From Macrostomum hystrix (lineage: Eukaryota > Animalia > Platyhelminthes): a stretch of DNA of 64,000 bases. The notes under the pieces are model-generated. The model had not been told where the DNA came from. It did not search any database and saw only the letters and a list, made by a program, of their open reading frames with translations. The position numbers and the translations under genes were made by a program. Numbering within the stretch: position 1 is the stretch's first letter; every line of letters starts with the position of its first letter. Below are positions 17,232 to 28,700 of this stretch, one piece after another. The DNA lies in the NCBI GenBank assembly GCA_950097015.1, contig CATNEN010000034.1, positions 6,634,001-6,698,000 of the forward strand, read 5' to 3'.

Positions 17232-17615
17232 CCTTCACCCCAGATAGAGCTTGGCCAGCCAACCCTCACCCCAAATAGAGCTTGGCCAGCCACCCCTCGA
17301 CCCTAGATAGAGCTTGGCCAGCCACCCCTCCACCCCAGATAGAGCTTGGCCAACCACCCCTCGACCCTAGATAGAGTTTGGCCAGCCACCCCTCCACCCC
17401 AGATAGAGCTTGGCCAACCACCCCTCGACCCTAGATAGAGTTTGGCCAGCCACCCCTCGACCCCAGATAGAGCTTGGCTAACCACCCCTCGACCCTAGAT
17501 AGAGTTTGGCCAGCCACCCCTCCACACCAGATAGAGCTTGGTCAACCACACACCATTCCTGATAGAGCTTGGCCAGCCACCCCTCGACCTTAGATAGAGT
17601 TTGGCCAGCCACCCC
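17232..17615. repeat. 32-bp minisatellite (AGATAGAGCTTGGCCAGCCACCCCTCGACCCC-like)
   Basis: Period of 32 read directly. Confidence 0.9.
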
Positions 17616-18457
17616 TCCACACCAGCCACCACCTTTTCACCCCTGGTAAAGCTTGTTAGTTACTCGTAAAATCGCACAGTTTTCTGGAAATCAAAGGTGA
17701 TCTCGAATGATTCTATTACATTTTTTAAAGGATATATTTTAACGGGACAAAGAGTTTAAACTACGCTTTGGTGTTTAGCAAACGTATTGTTTAAATTGTG
17801 CAACGATGTGTTTTTTAAATAACAATTTAATAATTCTTTTTACTAATGCTTTTTATTCAATAAGGCCCGCATAGACCAATACTGTACTCTCGTATTCCTT
17901 TACAACATTCCATTTTCACAGCACACCTTTACTCTCTATTCAATAATCTTATTTATTCCATCAAAGGGCATTGTACATAGAGAAGTTCTTGGAAAAGAAC
18001 ATTAATACAAGTAAAAATATGAAATACCTAATTTGTACATAACTATCCCCAATTAATTATACGTACACTTTCAGTGATTTTTCCAGTAGGTAAAAACTAT
18101 TTATGGTATTCTGCAGCTATGGTATTAGCACAGCAAAATCCTTCAGATTAGGTCAACAAGGTTTCTGTTTACGTTGACAAAGATTTTATCACACTGTGCT
18201 AATCACAATGGTTTCAATATCCATTGCTGTAAGACTAAGCCTTGAAAATGTGTCCCAGAAATTTCCAATCAACAAGCCTCTCCCCAGAATTTTAATTCCA
18301 TGTTTTTTTCAACAAATACATATCCTCGTTTTTACGTGGCGTGTTTTTTTAATCTTCCCGCAGTCTTCATGTTAGTGCTTTTTTCTGAACGAAACCCAAT
18401 CAGAATTTTCTGAATTAACTCAAATTTTATTATTATATTTAGGAAGAGGACAGACCG

Positions 18458-18488
<31 letters not shown>

Positions 18489-18734
18489 TGACAAAAGCAG
18501 AATTTTCTTGGCAAATCTAAAAAACAACCCAACCCAACTCACTGCTCATCATTTCCACCTGGAGTTGCGTCTTTTTTTCACTCTGATCTCTGCCTCTCTG
18601 TCTTCTCTGCTTCTTACTTTCACTGATTTTCTACGCCTATTTTTTATCGAGTCTCTCACTTTCTCTCACTATCTTCCTCTCTCTCTCAGGTTCAGTGTCA
18701 GGGTCTCCTCCCCTCGCTGCCTTTTATTTTCTCC

Positions 18735-20210
18735 GTCTCCCTCATTATCTCTCTCCCTCATTGGCTCTCTCTCCCATTATCTCTCTCCCTCATTATCTCT
18801 CTCCCTCATTGGCTCTCTCCCTCATTATCTCTCTCCCTCATTGGCTCTCTCCCTCATTATCTCTCTCCCTCATTGGCTCTCTCCCTCATTATCCCTCTTC
18901 CTCATTATCTCTCTACCTCATTATCTCTCTTCCTCATTATCTCTCTCCCTCATTATCTCTCTCCCTCATTGGCTCTCTCTCCCATTATCTCTCTTCCTCA
19001 TTGGCTCTCTCTCCCATTATCTCTCTTCCTGATTTGCTCTCTCCCCCATTATCTCTCTTCCTGATTGTCTCTCTCTCCCATTATCTCTCTCCCTCATTGG
19101 CTCTCTCTCCCATTATCTCTCTTCCTCATTATCTCTCTCCCTCATTATCTCTCTCCCTCATTATCTCTCTCCCTCATTGGCTCTCTCTCCCATTATCTCT
19201 CTTCCTCATTGGCTCTCTCTCCCATTATCTCTCTTCCTCATTGGCTCTCTCTCCCATTATCTCTCTTCCTCATTGGCTCTCTCTCCCATTATCTCTCTTC
19301 CTCATTGGCTCTCTCCCTCATTATCCCTCTTCCTCATTATCTCTCTACCTCATTATCTCTCTTCCTCATTATCTCTCTCCCTCATTATCTCTCTCCCTCA
19401 TTGGCTCTCTCTCCCATTATCTCTCTTCCTCATTGGCTCTCTCTCCCATTATCTCTCTTCCTGATTGGCTCTCTCTCCCATTATCTCTCTTCCTGATTGT
19501 CTCTCTCTCCCATTATCTCTCTCCCTCATTGGCTCTCTCTCCCATTATCTCTCTTCCTCATTATCTCTCTCCCTCATTATCTCTCTCCCTCATTATCTCT
19601 CTCCCTCATTGGCTCTCTCTCCCATTATCTCTCTTCCTCATTGGCTCTCTCTCCCATTATCTCTCTTCCTCATTGGCTCTCTCTCCCATTATCTCTCTTC
19701 CTGATTGGCTCTCTCTCCCATTATCTCTCTCCCTCATTGGCTCTCTCTCCCATTATCTCTCTTCCTCATCATCTCTCTTCCTCATTATCTCTCTCCCTCA
19801 TTGGCTCTCTCCCATTATCTCTCTTCCTCATTATCTCTCTTCCTCATTATCTCTCTCCCTTATTATCTCTCTTCCTCATTATCTCTCTTCCTCATTATTT
19901 CTCTCCCTCATTATTTCTCTCCCTCATTATTTCTCTCCCTCATTATGTCCCTCCCTGATTGGCTCTCTCCCTCATTGGCTCTCTCCCTCATTATCCCTCT
20001 TCCTCATTATCTCTCTCCCTCATTATCTCTCTTCCTCATTATCTCTCTCCCTCATTATCTCTCTCCCTCATTGGCTCTCTCCCTCATTATCTCTCTCCCT
20101 CATTATGTCTCTCCCTGATTGGCTCTCTCCCTCATTGGCTCTCTCCTTATCTTCTCCATTGTCTCTCTCCCTTATTATCTGTCTCCCTCATTGTCTCTCC
20201 CATTATCTCC
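18735..20210. repeat. CT-rich ~16-bp minisatellite (CTCTCTCCCTCATTAT / CTCTCTCCCTCATTGG variants)
   Basis: Direct reading; explains all LSLIISLPHY ORFs, including the 537-aa one. Confidence 0.95.
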
Positions 20211-20717
20211 CAATATTTCTCTTCTCTTATGGATATTGTATACTTATATTTATTCTCATGTTCTTGTTTGCCTGTTGTTGTACATTAATTGGCTCACCGT
20301 GTTGCTAATGGTTGATATATTTTGCTTGGCAACAAGAAACAGCTTCAAAATCGTTCGCACTTGTAAAAGCCATGATGAAACTGTTTAGAGAGAATCCTGT
20401 TACAGTTTTGACTGTATTTAAACAAGGTAAGACACGGCACCTGTATACCTACCTGTTCGTATTTATTTAAAGATTCTCGGCTATCAGAGATTTTCTTTCT
20501 GTCTCTTCTGCAGAAGTAAAATACAAGTATTTGCACTGGTTTCAAGAACTGACAGCTCAAAAAGGTGCATAGCATTCCAGTGAAAAGCAAATGAATGTGG
20601 CTCGTGAATGTTTGATTTGTGTGAAAAAAAAACATTTTGCAATTTAAAAAAGCAAGTTAGAATAGTTTGGATATTAGATACAGAGATATCGCTAGTGCAT
20701 ATTTTTTTGTAAAAAGC

Positions 20718-22177
20718 GAATCAGTGAATCAGTGAACCAGTGAATCAGTGAATCAGTGAACCAGTGAGTCAGTGAATCAGTGAATCCGTGAATCAGTGAA
20801 TCAGTGAATCCGTTAATCAGTGAATCCGTGAATCCGTGAATCAGTGAATCCGTGAATCCGTGAATCAGTGAATCCGTTAATCAGTGAATCCGTGAATTCG
20901 TGAATCAGTGAATCCGTGAATCCATGAATCAGTGAATCCGTGAATCAGTGAATCAGTGAATCAGTGAATCCGTGAATCCGTGAATCAGTGAATCAGTGAA
21001 TCAGTGAATCAGTGAATCAGTGAATCAGTGAATCAGTGAATCAGTGAATCCGTGAATCCGTGAATCCGTGAATCAGTGAATCAGTGAATCAGTGAATCCG
21101 TGAATCCGTGAATCAGTGAATCCGTGAATCAGTGAATCAGTGAATCAGTGAATCAGTGAATCCGTGAATCAGTGAATCAGTGAATCAGTGAATCCGTGAA
21201 TCAGTGAATCAGTGAATCCGTGAATCAGTGAATCAGTGAATCAGTGAATCCGTGAATCAGTGAATCCATGAATCAGTGAATCCGTGAATCCGTGAATCAG
21301 TGAATCCGTGAATCAGTGAATCCGTGAATCAGTGAATCAGTGAATCAGTGAATCCGTGAATCAGTGAATCAGTGAATCCGTGAATCCGTGAATCCGTGAA
21401 TCAGTGAATCAGTGAATCAGTGAATCCGTGAATCCGTGAATCAGTGAATCCGTGAATCAGTGAATCAGTGAATCAGTGAATCCGTGAATCAGTGAATCAG
21501 TGAATCCGTGAATCAGTGAATCAGTGAATCAGTGAATCAGTGAATCCGTGAATCCGTGAATCAGTGAATCAGTGAATCAGTGAATCAGTGAATCAGTGAA
21601 TCCGTGAATCAGCGAATCCGTGAATCAGTGAATCAGTGAATCAGTGAATCAGTGAATCCGTGAATCAGTGAATCAGTGAATCAGGTAACCAGTGAATCAG
21701 TGAACCAGTGAATCAGTGAATCAGTGAATCAGTGAATCAGTGAATCAGTGAATCAGTGAATCAGTGAATAAGTGAATCAGTGAATCAGTGAATCAGTGAA
21801 CCAGTGAATCAGTGAATCAGTGAATCAGTGAATCAGTGAATCAGTGAATCCGTGAATCCGTGAATCAGTGAATCAGTGAATCAGGTAACCAGTGAATCAG
21901 TGAACCAGTGAATCAGTGAATCAGTGAATCAGTGAATCAGTGAATAAGTGAATCAGTGAATCAGTGAATCAGTGAACCAGTGAATCAGTGAATCAGTGAA
22001 TCAGTGAATCAGTGAATAAGTGAATAAGTGAATCAGTGAATCAGTGAATAAGTGAATCAGTGAATCAGTGAATCAGTGAATCAGGTAACCAGTGAATCAG
22101 TGAACCAGTGAATCAGTGAACCAGTGAATCAGTGAATCAGTGAATCAGCGAATCAGTGAATCAGTGAATCAGTGAAA
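20718..22177. repeat. 8-bp repeat (GTGAATCA / GTGAATCC)n
   Basis: Direct reading, ~1.45 kb. Confidence 0.97.
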
Positions 22178-22345
22178 CTGTCGAATCTTTTTCTCAAATA
22201 AAAACTGAAGTTTTAGAACAGACAGGCGTAAAAGATCATGACATTAAAAGTGTTTTAAAAAATTGTGATTGTCAATGGCATAAAGCCTTCAGTTCGCACT
22301 CGGGCAGCTGCGAATCAGTGACCAAACTCTCATCGCACAACACAA

Positions 22346-22767
22346 TCAGATAGGCGAAGATCGCTTCTGGCACACAAATCTCAGGTGTCTGTTGCAGGAT
22401 GCTTTCAGCCACACACCTCCGGACACCCCCGAGATGGCCGCACAGTTAAACTGCCAGCCGGAGCCTTCGGTACTCGACTGAAAGTTGCGATAGATGTCGC
22501 CGCCACTGCGACCCGTGGCACCGCCGACTGGCATGAATCGGCCGCCAGAGCGGTACATACCGATCCAGCTGTCCCCAATGACCTGCGCGAACACTTCGGC
22601 ATTCTCTAGCGAGCTGTCAATCACGGCCAGATCTCCGCCGAGGCGTCGGCGACAGAAGCGGCGGGCGTCGGCCCAGTCAGCGAGTCGTCGACTGAAGAAA
22701 TAGGCGGACAGGCCGGTGCGGGACACGGTGCAGGCCGTCCACAGGTGCGATGGGCAGCGGCTGACAG
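22346..22767 (-). CDS. Terminal exon encoding a C-type lectin-like domain (part of the gene above)
   Basis: CPSHLW...YFFS....W.DA..FC....GDLAVI.S..EN......SWIGM...NCAAI...W....C...L.FVCQK. The four canonical Cys and the WIG motif are present; EPN/QPD and WND are absent. Confidence 0.9.
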
Positions 22768-25700
22768 CTGCGGCAGAGGAAATGGGCGTTTGAAGGAATG
22801 TCAGCTGGAATGTCAGCTAGACAGTAGGAATGTCAGCTAGACAGTAGGAATGTCAGCTAGACAGTAGGAATGTCAGCTAGACAGTAGGAATGTCAGCTAG
22901 ACAGTAGGAATGTCAGCTAGACAGTAGGAATGTCAGCTAGACAGTAGGAATGTCAGCTAGACAGTAGGAATGTCAGCTAGACAGTAGGAATGTCAGCTAG
23001 ACAGTAGGAATGTCAGCTAGACAGTAGGAATGTCAGCTAGACAGTAGGAATGTCAGCTAGACAGTAGGAATGTCAGTTAGACAGTAAGAATGTCAGCTGG
23101 AATGTCAGCTGGAATGTCAGCTAGACAGTAGGAATGTCAGTAGGAATGTCAGCTGGAATGTCATCTAGAGAGTAAGAATATCAGCTAGACAGTAGGAATG
23201 TCAGTTAAAATTTCAGCTAGACAGTAGGAATGTCGACTAGACAATAAGAATGTCAGCGAGACAATAAGAATGTCAGCTAGACAATAAGAATGTCAGTTGG
23301 ACTGTCAGCTTACCTGGCCACAATGGAGAGCTGACAATGGTTCGCCTCAGGTCGGCAGTATCCAGCCTGTCGTGAAGGCAGCTCCGATCCCAGCTGAGAC
23401 CGATGATCAGCGGCCTCTTGGCCGATTGCGCCTTGAAGTAGCAGCGGCGAGACGGCGTGAGGCTGGTGACGCTAAACAGGACGGAGCGCAGGTAGTCAGT
23501 GGGCTCCTCCACAAGACTTTGGCTAAATGGGAATTTGGCGTTAAGAAGGAGCTTGTTTGAGCAGTTTGCAGCCTCCCTCCTACAGAATCCGCTCTCTCCC
23601 ATACAGAATCCGCTCTCTCCCACACAAAATCGGCTCTCTCAACTTACAGAAGCCGCTCTCTCCCATACAGAATCCGCTCTCTCCCACACAAAATCCGCTC
23701 TCTCCCACACAGAATCCGCTCTCTCCCACACAGAATCCGCTCTCTCCCATACAGAAGCCGCTCTCTCCCATACAGAAGCCGCTCTCTCCCATACAGAATC
23801 CGCTCTCTCCCACACAAAATCCGCTCTCTCCCATGAAGAATCCGCTCTCTCCCATACAGAATCCGCTCTCTCCCACACAAAATCCGCTCTCTCCCATACA
23901 GAATCCGCTCTCTCCCATACAGAAGCCGCTCTCTCCCACACAGAATCCGCTTTCTCCCATACACAAGCCGCTCTCTCTCCTCTAGAACCCAGCTCACACC
24001 ACCCAGCACCAGCTCACACCACACAGCCCCAGCTCACACCACACAGCCCCAGCTCACGCCACACAGCCCCAGCTCACACCCAAGGACCACTAGTAGATAG
24101 TGCACTATAGTAGGGGCAGAAATAGCAAACTTTTTCTCTCAGAAAGCTTCTACTTGAGTAGTCCGTGCTCACACCACACAGCCCCATCTCACACCACACA
24201 GCCCCAGCTCACACCACACAGCCCCAGCTCACGCCACACAGCCCCAGCTCACGCCACACAGCCCCAGCTCACGCCACACAGCCCAGCTCACACCACACAG
24301 CCCCAGCTCACACCACACAGCCCCAGTTCACACCACACAGCCCAGCTCACACCACACAACTCCAGCTCACGCCACACAGCCCCAGCTCACGCCACACAGC
24401 CCCAGCTCACACCACACAGCCCCAGCTCACGCCACACAGCCCCAGCTCACGCCACACAGCCCCAGCTCACGCCAGCGCCTCGCAGGTTGAGCGGCTGCCG
24501 CAGACAACCCGCAGCTCCGCCGAGTTGCCATCGGGGGCGATGCCGAGTCGGGCCACCCGCAGGCCAGCCGCTTTGGCCTCCTCGCTGACGCCGACGTCCC
24601 AGAGCTCGGCGAAGCGCATGGAGCCGGCAATGGCCGCAGGCAGCGCCAGCATCGCCTGCAGCGACGCCAGCACGGAGTGGCTCTGCAGCAGCAGCCGCAG
24701 GCTCACAAATTCTTCGCCGCTGAGATAGTCTCGCCCTCTGCTCAGGCTCGAGCTGGCATTGTTGCCATGGAAACAGAGTAGCGGCTCGATTAGCAGGCGG
24801 CGCCGCTGATTCGGCGACCCGCCCGGCTGCTCGTAGACGGTGACGGGGCAGCCGTCAAGGCTGAGGATCTGCAGCAGCCGCGGCTCCTTATCTGGCGCGC
24901 ACTCGGACATTGTGGGAAGCTTCAATCGCAGAGCCTCCAGCGGCAGGTGAAAGTGCTCAGCTGCTGAGGTTGGCTGCTGATGGGTGGCCGTGGACAGCTC
25001 GCAGTCAGCGCTGTTGGCCATCAGTGTCTCCAGCTGAATGCGCTCGAATAGAAGCCATGGACTCAGGCTTAAGTTCGAGCTGCCAAGGTGCAGACGTGAG
25101 AGACATCTCAAGTGATTAGATTCCATTAAATAAGATCGCCTATGATCCCAGCTCCGCAGTACCTGAGATCCCAATAATAAAAATCCTCAAATCCTCAGAT
25201 CCCAGCTTCGCAGTACCTGAGATCCCAATAATTAAAATCCTCAAATCCTCATATCCCAGCTCCGCAGTACCTGAGATCCCAATAATTAAAGTCCTCGAAT
25301 CCTCATATCCCAGCTCCGCAGTACCTGAGATCCCAATAATTAAAATCCTCAAATCCTCAGATCCAAGCTCCAGAGTACCTGAGATCCCAATAATTAAAAT
25401 CCTCAAATCCACAGATCCCAGCTCCAGAGTACCTGAGATCCCAACAATTAAAATCCTCAAATCCTCATATCCCAGCTCCGCAGTACCTGAGATCCCAACA
25501 ATTAAAATCCTCAAATCCTCAGATCCCAGCTTCGCAGTACCTGAGATCCCAATAACTAAAATCCTCAAATCCACAGATCCCAGCTCCAGAGTACCTGAGA
25601 TCCCAATAATTAAAATCCTCAAATCCTCAGATCCCAGCTCCAGAGTACCTGAGATCCCAACAATTAAAATCCTCAAATCCTCAGATCCCAGCTCCGCAGT

Positions 25701-28700
25701 ACCTGAGATCCCAATAATTAAAGTCCTCAAATCCTCAGATCCCAGCTCCGCAGTACCTGAGATCCCAACAATTAAAATCCTCAAATCCTCAGATCCCAGC
25801 TCCAGAGTACCTGAGATCCCAACAACTAAAATCCTCAAATCCTCAGATCCCAGCTCCAGAGTACCTGAGATCCCAACAATGAAAATCCTCAAATCCTCAG
25901 ATCCCAGCTCCAGAGTACCTGAGATCCCAACAATGAAAATCCTCAAATCCTCAGATCCCAGCTCCGCAGTACCTGAGATCCCAATAACTAAAATCCTCAA
26001 ATCCTCAGATCCCAGCTCCGCAGTACCTGAGATCCCAATAACTAAAATCCTCAAATCCTCAGATCCCAGCTCCGCAGTACCTGAGATCCCAATAACTAAA
26101 ATCCTCAAATCCTCAGATCCCAGCTCCGCAGTACCTGAGATCCCTGCACGCCCTCCAGGTCTGGCAGATGATGCGAAACTCTCCCCGAGTTCGGTCCAGA
26201 GCAGCTGAGAAGCTGTCCACCAGGTAGACCTGACTGCTCAGGTTCGCCCTGGTCAGGTTGACCTTGCGCACGTCTAGGAAGGCCACCCGTTTAGGCGCTA
26301 AGTCGGCCAGCTGGGCGGTGACAATGTCCAGCACGGACGGCCTGCTCAGGTCCACGCCGACGCTCGCGTAGGGACTGGCAGTCAGGTAGCTGTAGCCCAG
26401 CAGTACCTGGCCGTTGAAGCAGAACATTGGCTCAATATAGTACTCAGCCTTGGTGTCCAGCCGTTTGTGAATAAAGACGGTGCAGCCATCAACAGATTTG
26501 ATGGCAAAGAGGCGCATCGGGAGCGGCTTGTCGCAGCCGGGCACCTGGCGAGTCTTGCCGTTCAGGTAGCTCAGGTCGAAGTAGGTCAGCGACGGCTGCG
26601 TGATCCGCTTGCGCAATGGCCGCGGCATCCAACAGTCGTAGCTTGGCAGGTTGGCGGTCATCTCAATGTTGAAATTCTCCAGTAGCAGAGTGCCGTTTAG
26701 CTGCATGTTGTCTCTGAGGTGTTTATAGTAGACAATGGGAGATAATCTAGATCGTTTCAAAGGCGAAATATATTGATAAGGGTAGACTAGGATATGTCGA
26801 TAAAGATAAATCAGCTAGACAATGGGTGGATATACGATTAAAAAGGTAGAAAAGGTAGATAATTAGATAAAGTAGATAAGGTATACAAATAGATTAGAAA
26901 GATGGGGTAGACAAGGTTAATAAGGAAGAGAAGGTAGATAAAGTAGACAAGTTAGATAAGTTAGACAATGTAGATATGGTACACAAGGTGGACGAGGTAG
27001 ACAAGGTAGACAAAGCAGAGAAGGTAGACAAGAAAGATAAGGTAGACAAGGTAGACAATGAAGACAAGGTAGACAAGGAAGACAAGGTAGACAAGGTAGA
27101 CAAGGTAGACAAGCTCACAGCAGGGTGCGGCACTGCAGGCTGCTGTCGCAGTAGATCCGAAGTTCGGCTTCGCTTCCGTCGGGCGTCACTTTGAACTCGC
27201 CGACCTCCAGTCCGGGCAGCTGGGCGCGCTGTCGAATTCTCAGACTCCACAGCTCCATGAAGTCGACTGGTGTCAAAAGCCGTGGGTGCCTCCGCGTCGG
27301 TCTCCTCTCGAAGGATTTGCTTGACCTTCAGCAGCCACGGCGGCATTGGTCAGGGATAGTCGGAGGCGCAGGTAGGGCCCACCGCGCAGGTAGTCAAACT
27401 GGATCTGAGACTCCGAGCTGGCGCAGAATGCCGGCTCGACAAAGTGGCTGCGGCCGCCGCGCAAATTCCTGGAGTGGTGCAGCACGAGCTGACAGGAGCC
27501 AGGTAGCTGCACCGGAGCCAGCACCCGCGGGTAGGCGGCCTCGGAGCACACCAGGCGGGGCGGCGACTTCTCGCGCAGGTAGGCCAGGCTCAGCAGGTGC
27601 CCGCTGGCCAGGATCTGCTTGCTGATTGGCTCCGGTGTTAGGCAGCCGTCGTCTGGCGTTGCCATGGTAACATTGATTTGCAGCCGCTCTAGCAGAATTT
27701 CGCTGGACTGGGACAGATAATGCCTGGCGAGGGATTTCGATGCAATATTTATTTGATAGTTACTATGGCAACGAAGTTTCCATCTCAATTTTCGGGTGTA
27801 ATTGCTTTTTTATTTGCAATTGTGGTTGCTATGGCACCTGTTGTCCCAGTTGTAATTGTACTATTTTATCTCTGTTGCTATGGCAATCAAATCTGTTGCT
27901 ATGGCAAACAAATCTGTTGCTATGGCAATCAAATCCGTTGCTATGGCAATCAAATCTGTTGCTATGGCAATCCTATCTGTTGCTATGGCAATCCAATCTG
28001 GTGCTTGGAAATACTGTGGGTTGCTATTGTAAGCATTGTTTCGCATGTAATTTGACATTACGACGATTCTACAGTTCTGCTCGTTGCTGCATGTTGCTAT
28101 GGCAACATGGTAGGTTGCTTCGATAATCAAACATCGGCGCAACCCACCCCAAACTGGCGCAGGCCTCCAGCCTATCACAGTAGAGCCGTAGGTAGCCGTT
28201 CTCCTGATCGTAGGAGGAGTAGAACTCGACCCCAGTCAGGCCGCTGAAATTCGCCAACAGACCGACGCTGATCTCACCAATCCATGCGAAGGCGACGGAC
28301 CGGAAGTTGGCCAGGTGGGTGAGGTTCTGCTTGGCCGGGCCAGCGGCCTCTTCGCTGCGCAGGTTCACCTGGAAGGTGACGAAGTGGCGCCGCCTGGCAT
28401 AGTCGAAGGCCACGCTGAAGGATCCCGGGCCTTCGTCGCGCAACAGAAATAGCGGCTCAATCAGGTAGTCATCCTGCTGACTGTCCAGACGGTCCAGACG
28501 CTTCCAGAGCACCATCGGTTGATCGTGAAATTTCAAAACTTTTGAAACCTGCGGCTGTGTCGACAGCCGGCATCGACTATTTGTCTCGTTGCCATGACGA
28601 CCGAGCCAGCTACGCTGCAACTCGGAGATTGGAAACTGCGACAGGTGAGGCGTGACCGGCCTCCGGCTGGTCCAGTAGACTGGTGGCGCCAGCTGGCAGG

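Noticed and set aside
17880-18310. Possible decayed LINE 3' end
   Set aside because: Only vague similarity, with many stops in every frame; not supportable by eye.
18460-20388. 537-aa and overlapping Leu/Ser-rich ORFs resembling membrane proteins
   Set aside because: Products of the CT-rich satellite.
23499-24728. SALSHTE, GESGFC and HTAPA repeat ORFs
   Set aside because: Intronic 21-bp and 20-bp minisatellites.
25140-26108. 322-aa LRILVIGISGTAELGSED ORF (LRR- or Rossmann-looking)
   Set aside because: Translation of the 54-bp intronic repeat, out of frame with the flanking exons.
26894-27346. 150-aa ORF as an independent gene
   Set aside because: Only ~25 codons belong to module 4, between two frameshifts; the rest is off-frame or repeat.
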